Notes: generated from the letters alone by a model not told the origin. A stretch of DNA of 32,000 nucleotides from a cyanobacterium endosymbiont of Braarudosphaera bigelowii (GCF_020885515.1 NZ_AP024987.1:870001-902000), one strand, 5' to 3'; counted from the stretch's first letter, positions 10,795 to 20,015 are shown. Program-made: numbers and translations.

Positions 10795-11361
10795 CTAATT
10801 AGGGTACCAAAACATTCCTTTTATTCCTTCTGGTTCAATTATAAATCCTAAACGACAGTAAAAATTTATTACTTGGGGATCAGCAAAAAGTGTAATATTA
10901 CTAATATCTTCATTCTTTAAATGTCGGATCATGTAATTTATCATTCCCTTACCTAATCCCTTACTCTGGAATCTGGGATGAATAACTACATCCCAAATAG
11001 TTGCATTGAAAGCATGGTCAGAAGTTGCGCGAGCGAATCCAATCAGACGTCGTTGGTTTTTCCTTACTTCCCATGCAGAGACTATTATAAAACTATTATT
11101 TAGGGCTCTTTTAACTTTTCGAAGAGGACGACGGCTCCACCCCACAGAATCACATAATTCTTCTAGATCGTATAAATCAATTTCTCGCTCTTTTGTAAAG
11201 AAAATACGAGATTGAAGTGTACTTTTCTTTTTCAAGCTTATTCTTTCTCTCGATGATGAAGTAGTTTTAGCCTTAATATTTGAGCTGATATTATTAAACA
11301 AGCGTCTCCAAGAAAACATTAGATGGAAAATAAAACTTTGTTTTAAATAAATATTTAACAA
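10795..11361 (-). CDS. GNAT-family N-acetyltransferase (true start may be internal, e.g. Met15)
   Basis: It has the acetyl-CoA motif '[16 protein letters not shown]' and the conserved '[22 protein letters not shown]'. The first ~50 residues are basic, Ser-rich and poorly protein-like, so the start is uncertain. Confidence 0.8.
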   Translation of the reverse strand: MLNIYLKQSFIFHLMFSWRRLFNNISSNIKAKTTSSSRERISLKKKSTLQSRIFFTKEREIDLYDLEELCDSVGWSRRPLRKVKRALNNSFIIVSAWEVRKNQRRLIGFARATSDHAFNATIWDVVIHPRFQSKGLGKGMINYMIRHLKNEDISNITLFADPQVINFYCRLGFIIEPEGIKGMFWYPN

Positions 11362-11691
11362 TAAGCTGATTATTAGAATAACTTTTAGATAATTAATCTA
11401 AAAATTATTGTGATAGTCTACCATAACGCCTTTATATCATAAAACTGATTATAATTAGTAAAAACAAATATCTTTTTTCAAAACTAGTGGTAAAAAACTA
11501 TAAAAATAACGATAACATTACAATTTAGATATGGAAAAATTCTTTTAATTCTAAAAATATAAAATGATTGGGATATTAATTTTAGTCTTGCAAAAGTATA
11601 CTTTTAGACACTTATTCTCTTCTAAAAGAATCACGATTAACTATGTTTTAATTTCTCTATTTTATGATAACTCTAATTTAGAGTTTTACAG

Positions 11692-11724
11692 TTACTAGGG
11701 TCTTTAATATAAAGACCCTAGTAA
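11692..11724. repeat. Perfect 15-bp-arm hairpin (loop ata) flanked by direct TTTACA repeats
   Basis: The arms are ttactagggtcttta (11692-11706) and taaagaccctagtaa (11710-11724). 'tttaca' occurs at 11685-11690 and again at 11725-11730. Confidence 0.9.
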
Positions 11725-11787
11725 TTTACATAAATATGATATTGTGATTAGGAATAAGTGTAACTACTGTATTCTCAAAAAATTAAT

Positions 11788-12108
11788 ATGAAACATTTCC
11801 AAGATGAATGGATTCAACAATGGTGTGAGCAAAATGGTTGGACTGATTTAACAAAAGAGAGTTATATCAGCTACTGGGCTTTCCCTCCTGGTGCAGTCAT
11901 GCCAGAACCTATCCCTTTTGACATACTACGATCTATTAAGGACAACAATGGTACTTGCGTTGAAGAAAAATTTTGGCTATCCTTTGCTATTATACTTTCA
12001 GTAGCATCTGTTTTCTTCAGTTATTGGCTCAAAAATCCTGTACCAGTTATTTTTGCTTTCGCCTTTGATGCTTTTATATCTGCTAAATTAGAATTTGAAG
12101 AAATCTAA
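11788..12108 (+). CDS. Hypothetical protein with C-terminal TM segments
   Basis: 106 aa. The N-terminal half is Trp-rich and non-low-complexity ('EWIQQWCEQNGWTDL...YWAFPPGAVMPEPIP'). A hydrophobic C-terminus follows. The composition looks like real coding sequence, but I recognise no family. Confidence 0.55.
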   Translation: MKHFQDEWIQQWCEQNGWTDLTKESYISYWAFPPGAVMPEPIPFDILRSIKDNNGTCVEEKFWLSFAIILSVASVFFSYWLKNPVPVIFAFAFDAFISAKLEFEEI

Positions 12109-12277
12109 TCAATTGTAACTTTATTAAATAAAATCTTAAAGACAACTATTTAGTTTGGTTAAATTTTGTTTTTAGTAATTTTCATACAAAATATTTTTAT
12201 AATAGTCTGGCTATCCGATGTGGTCTATTGTAAATAATAATTAAATATTCCTGAATTATCTTTTCATTTTCAATAAA

Positions 12278-12306
12278 AACAGACAGAGTTTAATCTGTCT
12301 GTTTTT
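12278..12306. terminator. Bidirectional intrinsic terminator between the 11788 ORF and petA
   Basis: The stem is aacagacag (12278-12286) / ctgtctgtt (12295-12303) with loop agtttaat. An A-run precedes it and a T-run (12302-12306) follows, so either strand reads hairpin plus U-tract. It lies 30 nt past the petA stop. Confidence 0.7.
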
Positions 12307-12336
12307 AAAAACTAATTGATTTGTTTTTAAACAATC

Positions 12337-13323
12337 TTAAAAGTTCATATCAGCTGCTTGAACTCGTTCTACTTGCTTCTTCTTAATAACTAAGAGAATC
12401 TGCACTAGCATTATGCCACCCAGAAAGAGCATTAAACCTTTAATACGATTTGGATTTTGTAAAACAACTTCCGTATCTTTTTGTCCAAAGCCGCCTACAT
12501 TTGGATTATTAGTTAAAGGCTGTCCAGCTTTAACTTCATTGCCCTCGGAAACAATTAATTGAGGTCCTGCGGGTATAGTTTCCTCAACATTGCCATCAGA
12601 AGTAGTAATAGTTACATTATATCCACCACCTTCTTGATCGATAATTTGAGTTATGTTTCCTGCTTGTGAAGCTTTGAAAACATTATTATTACTTAGCTCT
12701 CCTGTTGGATATACTTGTCCACGACCACGATTAGCACCTAGATGAACTTGGTATTTACCGTAATGGATATCTTTATCAATATCAGGACTAGGAGATAATA
12801 CTGGAAAAATAATTTCCTGATATTGTTCCCCAGGAAGAGGACCTACAAGGACGACATTCTCTTGATCTTCACGATAGGATTGAAAGAAAACACTACCCAT
12901 TTCTTCTTTAAGTTCTTCAGAGATTCGTTCAGGAGGAGCAATTTTAAAGCCTTCTGGTAACATTAAAACAGCTCCTACATTTAGCCCTCCTTTAGAACCA
13001 TCCGCAAGTATCTGTTGTGAATCTAGATCATAAGGGATTTTAACGACAGCTTTAAAAACTGTATCAGGCAAAACGGAATGTGGAATTTCTACTTCAGCGG
13101 GTTTCTCTCCTAGATGGCAATTAGCACAGACAATTCGTCCTGTGGCTTCTCTGGGAGTTTCTGGAGCAGTTTCTTGGGCCCAAAAGGGATAAGCAGTTGC
13201 AGTTTGAGTAAAAACAAAACAATTACAAATCAGCAAGACAATTGTCGTCATTCCTAATAGAAATGACTTTAGTAAAGTTTGCTTACCTGTAGACCAAATT
13301 GCCGAAAAATCGGATATTCTCAT
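12337..13323 (-). CDS. petA: Cytochrome f (apocytochrome f precursor)
   Basis: 328 aa. The signal peptide ends '...TATA|YPFWAQ'. It has the heme motif 'CANCH' and the C-terminal anchor '[17 protein letters not shown]'. It lies 49 nt downstream of petC, the canonical petCA arrangement. Confidence 0.97.
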   Translation of the reverse strand: MRISDFSAIWSTGKQTLLKSFLLGMTTIVLLICNCFVFTQTATAYPFWAQETAPETPREATGRIVCANCHLGEKPAEVEIPHSVLPDTVFKAVVKIPYDLDSQQILADGSKGGLNVGAVLMLPEGFKIAPPERISEELKEEMGSVFFQSYREDQENVVLVGPLPGEQYQEIIFPVLSPSPDIDKDIHYGKYQVHLGANRGRGQVYPTGELSNNNVFKASQAGNITQIIDQEGGGYNVTITTSDGNVEETIPAGPQLIVSEGNEVKAGQPLTNNPNVGGFGQKDTEVVLQNPNRIKGLMLFLGGIMLVQILLVIKKKQVERVQAADMNF

Positions 13324-13372
13324 TGCTCAGTCAAATTATATAATTCTTAAACAGTAAAATGGAAACTTAAAT

Positions 13373-13915
13373 TTAAGCCCACCATGGAGACTTGTCAGTA
13401 CGGAAATCGGTTTCTGTCCATTCAGTGAACATAACTTTATCATCTTCGTTAACATTAACATGAGCCAATGCTAAAGAAAGGGGAGCAGGACCACGAACTA
13501 CCTTGCCTTGGGCATTGTACTGAGAACCATGACAAGGACAAATGAATTTATCTTCGCCAGCATTCCAAGGAACAACACAACCTAAATGGGTACAAACAGC
13601 ATTAATACCATAGCTCGTAATCGTGTTATCTCCGTCAATAACAAGATATGTAGGATCACCTTTTAAACCTTGGCTTAAAATATGGTCACCTGTTTTATGG
13701 CTAGAAAGAAACTCAGTAGCGACGATATCGTTCCCTAAAGCATCTTTAGCGACAATACCACTACCAGTTCCTCCACTAGAAGGAGGAATAAAATATTTAA
13801 CTACAGGATATAGTGCGCCGGCAGCTACTCCTGTAATTGTTCCAAAAGTGAGTAAGTTCATAAATTGGCGACGTCCCATATCGGGGACGTCTGATGAACC
13901 AGATACTTGTGTCAT
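13373..13915 (-). CDS. petC: Cytochrome b6-f Rieske iron-sulfur subunit
   Basis: 180 aa. It has the Rieske boxes 'CTHLGC' and 'CPCHGS', plus an N-terminal '[20 protein letters not shown]' anchor. Confidence 0.97.
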   Translation of the reverse strand: MTQVSGSSDVPDMGRRQFMNLLTFGTITGVAAGALYPVVKYFIPPSSGGTGSGIVAKDALGNDIVATEFLSSHKTGDHILSQGLKGDPTYLVIDGDNTITSYGINAVCTHLGCVVPWNAGEDKFICPCHGSQYNAQGKVVRGPAPLSLALAHVNVNEDDKVMFTEWTETDFRTDKSPWWA

Positions 13916-14272
13916 AACGATTTATGGATGATCTAAGTTAATTTGTAGATTGAGAAATTAATCTCAATAACGCTTCAGGTAGTACTCTATAAGGAAATAT
14001 AATGGTAACCAAAATCTTCACATAAATAAATTGAAGATCTTTAGTAATTTACTAGCCCACATTAAATTATTGCAGAAATTGTTGACAATGTATAAGGTAC
14101 TTTTAAGGAAACCAAATATTTGTATAAAGATTTTTCATCTTAACTTATCCTTTTAAAACATTTTATTGAAGATTATACTCTTTCATTCAAATGGTTTAGT
14201 GCCGAATAACTGAGAAGAAACACAATTTATTTAATTATTAAAAATTAAATAAAAAATTAACTAACACCTCAC

Positions 14273-14328
14273 AATATAAAATCAATAATTTTAATTTCTT
14301 TATAAATTAAAATTATTGATTTTATATT
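14273..14328. repeat. Perfect 25-bp-arm inverted repeat, 6-nt loop
   Basis: I checked it base by base. Arm 14273-14297 (aatataaaatcaataattttaattt) is the exact reverse complement of 14304-14328, with loop ctttat. It sits in the divergent petC/ggpS spacer. Confidence 0.95.
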
Positions 14329-14653
14329 CAGTGGAAATTAACTAGATATTTAAGTACAGTATTTACAAAAATTATTTAAGACATGTAAATTATTTTTACA
14401 AAATTAAAAAAAGACTGTTCTAAATATCATTAAATTCTTAAAACATACTTTATTGCATCGGATTAATTTTTAAATATTAAATACTACAAAAAAGCTATTA
14501 AATATTTTGAATAAAAACAGGAACTTATCCAGAGTACTAGAAATATATTTTATATCGAGCCTAAAAGGTAAAATCTATTTCCAAAAACAACTTTAACATT
14601 CTAGTGTAAAGAGTATTTTGAAATTTAAAAGAATGACTAAATTTTAAGTTAGA

Positions 14654-14692
14654 TATTATCTTTTATTTTTTCTTTAAAAATAAAAGATAATA
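14654..14692. repeat. Perfect 17-bp-arm inverted repeat 33 nt upstream of the ggpS start
   Basis: The arms are 14654-14670 and 14676-14692 with loop tcttt. There is only one G:C pair, so the sequence is near low-complexity. Confidence 0.85.
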
Positions 14693-14724
14693 AAATAAAT
14701 ACTAAATTAATAAAACCTAGATTT

Positions 14725-16203
14725 ATGAAATCTTCACTTGTTATTCTATACCATCGCGAGCCTCATGATGAAGTAATTGAAAATGGTACTATACGTTATG
14801 TCCCGCAGAAAAGTCCTAATGGAATTATTCCAACTTTGAAAAGTTTTTTTGCTAATAATTTTCAAGGAACTTGGATAGCTTGGAAACAAGTTACAGAGAA
14901 ACAGAAAAATAATTTTAGTGAAAAGGTAAGTGTAGAAGATGATGGAAACTACCATGTCTTTCGTATACCTTTAAGTCCTGAACAAGTAAAAAGCTTCTAT
15001 TACATAACTTCAAAAGAAGCTTTTTGGCCTATTCTCCATTCTTTTCCCTATCACTTCACCAGTGAATCTTCAAATTGGAATAATTTTGTAGAGATTAATT
15101 GTCTTTTTGCTGAAGCTGCTTGTAGATATGCAGAAGATAATGCATTAGTTTGGGTACATGACTATAATTTATGGTTGGCTCCCTACTTTATAAGACAAAA
15201 GAAACCAAATATTCGTATTGCTTTTTTTCACCATACACCTTTTCCTCCTGTTGATATTTTCAATATTCTTCCATGGAGAGAAGCAATTATAGATAGTTTA
15301 CTTAGTTGTGACTTAGTAGGTTTTCATATTCCTCGCTATTCTGAAAACTTTATCAACGCGACTAAAAGTTTACGCTCCATTGATATTCTAGAACAACAGC
15401 AAGTTCCAAAACATTTGACTGCTATAGGAACTGCTCTAGCGCAACCAGATTTTACTACTAAAATAAAACATAATAACCAAATTATTAAAATTGATGCATT
15501 TCCTGTAGGTACTAATCCAAAAGATGTCTTACAAGTTTTACATTCCGAATATGCAATAGAAAGATTTAGGAAAATCAAGAAAAGTTTTCATGGCTGCAAA
15601 ACAATCATTGCAGCTGGAAGAGTTGATTATGTTAAAGGAAATGCACAAAAACTAGAAGCTTTTAATCGCTTATTAAAACGTCGTCCTGAGTTACATGGAA
15701 AAATCAATTTTATACTTACTTGTGTACAAGCAGCTACTGAAATAAGAATATATAAAGAAGCACAATATCAAGTCGAACAACTGGTAGGTGCAATTAATGG
15801 TCGCTATTCTAGCCTGGATTGGACACCAGTTTCATTATTTACTAAACCTGTTTCCCTACTAGATTTATTCTGTTATTACAAAGCTGCTGATATTTGCTGG
15901 ACAACACCTTTAAGAGATGGATTAAATCTTGTTGCTAAAGAGTACATTATTGCTCATGAGGGAAGAAATGGTGTGCTAATTTTATCAGAATTTGTTGGAG
16001 CAGCTATTGAATTACCTCAAGCAATTTTAGTGAACCCTTACTCAACTAAATTAATGGATGAAGCTATCGATAAAGCTTTAGATATGTCTGAAGAAGAACA
16101 AGAAGAAAAAATGACTGAAATGTATAAAACTGTCAGCACTTATGATATTAAATATTGGGCAAACCGTGTTTCACGTCATTTTAGTAACAACCTCAAATCA
16201 TAA
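14725..16203 (+). CDS. ggpS: Glucosylglycerol-phosphate synthase (GT20, OtsA-like)
   Basis: 492 aa. It is colinear with my recollection of Synechocystis GgpS: 'SLVILYHREP', 'KEAFWPILHSFP', 'WVHDYNLWLAP', 'IAFFHHTPFP', 'AGRVDYVKG' and 'TPLRDGLNLVAKEY'. Confidence 0.9.
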   Translation: MKSSLVILYHREPHDEVIENGTIRYVPQKSPNGIIPTLKSFFANNFQGTWIAWKQVTEKQKNNFSEKVSVEDDGNYHVFRIPLSPEQVKSFYYITSKEAFWPILHSFPYHFTSESSNWNNFVEINCLFAEAACRYAEDNALVWVHDYNLWLAPYFIRQKKPNIRIAFFHHTPFPPVDIFNILPWREAIIDSLLSCDLVGFHIPRYSENFINATKSLRSIDILEQQQVPKHLTAIGTALAQPDFTTKIKHNNQIIKIDAFPVGTNPKDVLQVLHSEYAIERFRKIKKSFHGCKTIIAAGRVDYVKGNAQKLEAFNRLLKRRPELHGKINFILTCVQAATEIRIYKEAQYQVEQLVGAINGRYSSLDWTPVSLFTKPVSLLDLFCYYKAADICWTTPLRDGLNLVAKEYIIAHEGRNGVLILSEFVGAAIELPQAILVNPYSTKLMDEAIDKALDMSEEEQEEKMTEMYKTVSTYDIKYWANRVSRHFSNNLKS

Positions 16204-16711
16204 ACATATATTAATGTATCGAGCATCTTATTTAATATATTAGATCTAAAATACATATTATTTTGCTAAGTTAATATCAAATTCAAAATTTATATCAACA
16301 TACATATAGTTTGAATTTTATTTTAGAGAAGATATATACTGCATATAATGTCAAAATTAGTTATCATGTCTATTTTAAAATCCATTACTTATAAATCTCA
16401 TAATATAAAACTAAAAAAACAACCAATAAGGACAAAATCAGATCAAATTATCCTTTGCTTACACTGTAAAAGAACTGTTGATAATAATATTAAATGTAAA
16501 GGAATATGTGTTTCAGACAATGATTATTAGATAGTATATGTGTTTTAATTTTTTAAATAATTTAATTATAACTCTATAGATTAATAATTATTATATCTCA
16601 CGTGATATTAATAATAGTTAGTTTGGAAAATATATGAGTATAAAATTATTTATCATAAAAATAAATAAAGCTAAGTATTGATAATAAGGCGATATAACTT
16701 AAGATATAAAT

Positions 16712-16996
16712 TTATCTTTTATAAAATATGTATATCGAACTCAAGACTATGCATATAGCAATCAAAGATATGATCATATTTATAATACTATTTAGGATTG
16801 ATAAACTAATAACTAACCCTAAAAATATTGCAATTATTTTAGAAGGATTTTGAAGTCTGTTATACGATACTAATATTTTTTCTACAAATTTTTCTTTATT
16901 CTCTTTTATATCTAAAAAACGTAATTTAGTTTTTTTAGTACTTATCCTTGACTTAGACTTTTTATATAGTGTTTTCTCATCATAGTGATTTGTCAT
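16712..16996 (-). CDS. Hypothetical small membrane protein (weak call)
   Basis: 94-aa ORF in an otherwise ORF-poor AT-rich spacer. The N-terminus is Lys-rich and there is one long I/L/S hydrophobic segment. A 94-codon stop-free run is unlikely by chance at this AT content, but the composition is also what AT-rich noise yields. Confidence 0.35.
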   Translation of the reverse strand: MTNHYDEKTLYKKSKSRISTKKTKLRFLDIKENKEKFVEKILVSYNRLQNPSKIIAIFLGLVISLSILNSIINMIISLIAICIVLSSIYIFYKR

Positions 16997-17345
16997 AAAG
17001 CAGTTATTCCAAATTTATCATCATATTTGTGAGGTAGCTTAGCATATTTAAAAAATTTAAATATGTATAAAAAAGTATATTTTAGTATAAATGTCATGTA
17101 TTATAGCTGTTTCTATTCTAATAATTAAAAGAAGGATTTATAATGTATGTCCTGTGTAAAATAGTATAATCTAACAATTTTAAGTATTCTTTTAAATAGC
17201 ATAAATTATTAGTAATAGTACACAGTAGAACTAAAACGTAATTAATAATATGACTTTTAGTTATCAAATTCTTCAAAATAAAAACAATTTACTTTTGTAA
17301 ATTTTTCTATTTTGTTTTTATCAATCATAAGTAACATTAACTTCT

Positions 17346-18383
17346 ATGAAATTTGATTTTCCATCTTCTAATGATATTCATAGCGCTATTAACAATTCTG
17401 ATATTTTCAATTTTAATTTGCCTAACCCAGAAAATATTGAAATAGAAGAGATAGATTTTCAGAAACAATTAAATATGGTGTGGGAAGTTTGTGATCGTTT
17501 TGATCTACAAACAGATATCTGGCGAGGCAGAATTCTAAGAGCAGCTCGTGATCGCGAAAAAAAACAAGGCAATAATCTAAAAACAGGATTTATACATTGG
17601 CTAAAGGAGCGAGAAATTTCGAAGAACCAAGCTTATAGGTTAATTCAATTAGCTGAAAGTGCTGATAAACTTTTCGAAGAGGGAGATCTATGTATTGATT
17701 CTATTAATAATTTTAGCAAGCGTGCTTTTATAGAAACAGCAAAATCAGAGCCAGAAGTACAAAAGATAATTAGTGAAGCAGCAAAAAACGGAGATCATAT
17801 TACTTGTAGAGAGGTTAAACAATTATCAGATGAGTGGAGTACTATGAGTTCTGACGTATTACCTACTAAAATTAAAGACAAAATTGAGCAAGGAATATTA
17901 ATGTCTCATCATGTAGCTCCATTGGTTCAAGCAATGAAGAGTTTACCTGATTGTCATCTAAAAAGTATTCAAAAAGAAGTTTTTAAGAATTCTGAAATAG
18001 ATAATATTAAGCTATTAACTAAAGATTCAAAAAATTTAGCTAAATGTTTAGATGCCGCTGCACAGTTGCAAACTTTAAAAAATGAGAAAATTCATCTAGA
18101 TATAGAAATGGTATTAGAAGAATCGATAAGATTAGATTGCTTAAACACTACCGTAAATTTGATTCAACAAGCTTCTCAACTGGAACAAATAGTAGTGAAA
18201 TTTTATATAGCTTGGAAACGTCTAAAAAATATTTCGGATAAACTATATATTAACACTGGAGAAAGTAGCCCTAATCTAAGGTCAATGTTAACATCTTTAG
18301 AATCATTAAGCGAAGAAGTCGTTGAAGTACCACTTGATGAGTTAAGAGAGAAGGTTGTCAAGTTGAGGATTTTTCCCGAATAG
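17346..18383 (+). CDS. Hypothetical protein with a possible helix-turn-helix segment
   Basis: 345 aa. 'DIWRGRILRAARDREKK...GFIHWLKEREISKNQAYRLIQLAESADKL' resembles the HTH region of DUF3102-type phage/plasmid proteins as I remember them. The rest is helical and I do not recognise it. Confidence 0.65.
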   Translation: MKFDFPSSNDIHSAINNSDIFNFNLPNPENIEIEEIDFQKQLNMVWEVCDRFDLQTDIWRGRILRAARDREKKQGNNLKTGFIHWLKEREISKNQAYRLIQLAESADKLFEEGDLCIDSINNFSKRAFIETAKSEPEVQKIISEAAKNGDHITCREVKQLSDEWSTMSSDVLPTKIKDKIEQGILMSHHVAPLVQAMKSLPDCHLKSIQKEVFKNSEIDNIKLLTKDSKNLAKCLDAAAQLQTLKNEKIHLDIEMVLEESIRLDCLNTTVNLIQQASQLEQIVVKFYIAWKRLKNISDKLYINTGESSPNLRSMLTSLESLSEEVVEVPLDELREKVVKLRIFPE

Positions 18384-18543
18384 ATAGTATTCAGTTCATA
18401 ATTGATTATATTTAGAAATTATGATATGAAAAATTATTGGATGAATAAGTATAGACTTCTATAAGCAAGGTATATTTGACATAAAAATTAAGTAAACTAT
18501 GACATTTCTTACTATATGAGTAAAAAATATCATAGTTTATTTA

Positions 18544-18616
18544 TGCCAGGAGGCGGGCTTGAACCGCCGACACGAGGATTTTCAGTCCACTGCTCTACCA
18601 ACTGAGCTATCCCGGC
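18544..18616 (-). tRNA. tRNA-Phe (anticodon GAA)
   Basis: Hand fold of the reverse complement: GCCGGGA-TA-GCTC-AGTTGGTA-GAGC-A-GTGGA-CTGAAAA-TCCTC-GTGTC-GGCGG-TTCAAGC-CCGCC-TCCTGGC-A. Confidence 0.9.
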
Positions 18617-19053
18617 ATGAACTTTGTTTCGGTACCGTATATAACTATAACAAACTTTTTTTTTTGTTGCAATGGTATTTACAATTTTTTATATATAAAC
18701 GTAAAAAAAAGAACTCCAGATAAAAGTTCATCGTATTTACCTAGAAATTGGTTCAAATAAATATTAATTATTTCTTTAAAAAAATATAAAAATATGAGAT
18801 TATCATCAATGATAGAAATTTTTTAAATATATTACTACTTATGTCAAATGAACTTTTATCATAAATATTTAAAAATATTAAATATCAATTTAAAATGATA
18901 TCAATAATTTATGGACAAAATACAAAATAGAAATTATGCTTGCTATACTTGATAAGTATATCATTTTCTATGATAAATTTCTCTAATTACAAAAAACCGT
19001 TTCTTAATGTAAATTTAGAGATAAAACTAAAGTTATTTTATTAAATTAGTATT

Positions 19054-19398
19054 ATGAATGGAGACAAAGTTAACACAGAGAATAATGACTGGATTAGACA
19101 ATTAGTACTTATGGGTATCGGTACAACTTCAATGGCTGCTGAAAAATTAAAGGAAGCTAGTGAAGAATGGGTAAAAGAGGGCAAAATTAATCCTGATCAA
19201 GCTCAAGGTTTTGTTGATGAACTACTAGGCCAAATTAAAGTCGGACAAAATAGTTTTGAAATAAATATAGAGCGCGAAATTCGTAATATTCTACGAGATT
19301 TAGGTGTTCCAAGACAATCAGAAATAGACGAATTAAGAGGAAGGATTGATCGTTTAGAGCATCAAGTCAGAGATCTCGAGAATAAGTCCTGGAACTAA
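19054..19398 (+). CDS. Small coiled-coil protein, phasin-like (COG3937-type) hypothetical
   Basis: 114 aa. 'LVLMGIGTTSMAAEKLKEASEEWVKEG' and the C-terminal 'SEIDELRGRIDRLEHQVRDLE' resemble the phasin / PHA-synthesis-regulator family. This rests on memory only. Confidence 0.6.
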   Translation: MNGDKVNTENNDWIRQLVLMGIGTTSMAAEKLKEASEEWVKEGKINPDQAQGFVDELLGQIKVGQNSFEINIEREIRNILRDLGVPRQSEIDELRGRIDRLEHQVRDLENKSWN

Positions 19399-19580
19399 CA
19401 AGATTCAATTTAGAAAAAAAATTATGCGAAAAATCTTCATTAATTTTAATATTATCAAGGTTTGAAGTTTATTATTAATAATCTCAACTTTGACAATCGA
19501 AATATTTATGAATCTAGTCTCTTTCTAAAAAGTAAATATACTTACACTTTATTTAATATTGTTAACAAAAAATTAAAAAT

Positions 19581-19934
19581 ATGAATTTAGAAAAAACTAT
19601 TACTACTACTTCAGGACTAAAGTATGTCGACACTCAAGAAGGTAGTGGAGTTTATCCTAAGACTGGGCAATTTGTTTCTGTTCATTATATAGGTACTCTC
19701 GAAAATGGTAAAAAATTTGATAGTTCTTATGACCGCAATCAACCTTTTTCTTTCAAGATAGGTATTGGACAAGTAATTAAAGGTTGGGAGGAGGGAGTCT
19801 CTTCTATGAAAGTTGGAGGTCAAAGAAAATTAATCATTCCACCTGCTTTAGGATATGGTTCAAGAGGAGCAGGTAGTGTTATTCCTCCCAATGCTGTATT
19901 GGTTTTTGACATTGAGTTACTAGATATCGAATAA
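19581..19934 (+). CDS. FKBP-type peptidyl-prolyl cis-trans isomerase (catalytic domain only)
   Basis: 117 aa. 'GLKYVDTQEGSG', 'VSVHYIGTLENGKKFDSSYDRNQPFSFKIGIGQVIKGWEEGV' and 'LVFDIELLDI'. Confidence 0.9.
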   Translation: MNLEKTITTTSGLKYVDTQEGSGVYPKTGQFVSVHYIGTLENGKKFDSSYDRNQPFSFKIGIGQVIKGWEEGVSSMKVGGQRKLIIPPALGYGSRGAGSVIPPNAVLVFDIELLDIE

Positions 19935-20015
19935 TCTTAAAAATATTTAATCAAGATTCGAATAAGTATTAACTATTGCTTATTCGAATCTTGATTAAAT
20001 ATTTTTAAGATTATT
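19930..20015. repeat. Perfect 37-bp-arm inverted repeat, 12-nt loop, overlapping the FKBP stop codon
   Basis: I checked all 37 pairs individually. Arm 19930-19966 is the exact reverse complement of 19979-20015, with loop tattaactattg. There are six G:C pairs. The left arm starts in the last sense codon (gaa) and covers the taa stop at 19932-19934. Confidence 0.95.

Noticed and set aside
13623-13931. 102-aa plus-strand ORF over petC
   Set aside because: It is antisense to the Rieske gene, whose motifs are unambiguous. It is a shadow ORF. The same reasoning applies to 8856-9062 (over rpsN), 9606-9812 (ctp), 11006-11215 (GNAT), 14746-14955 and 15336-15578 (ggpS), 19617-19823 (FKBP), 27738-28091 and 28669-28860 (mrdA).
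16348-16530. 60-aa ORF with CLHC...CKGIC (CxxC-x10-CxxxC), possible zinc ribbon
   Set aside because: A 60-codon open frame is expected by chance at this AT content, the N-terminal half is low-complexity, and I see no convincing ribosome-binding context. I mention it in the tRNA-Phe island finding rather than call it a gene.
19955-19990. gattcgaat / attcgaatc motifs in the 37-bp hairpin resembling tRNA T-arm (GTTCGAAT) sequence
   Set aside because: No acceptor, D or anticodon arms can be drawn. The resemblance is just the palindromic TTCGAA core.
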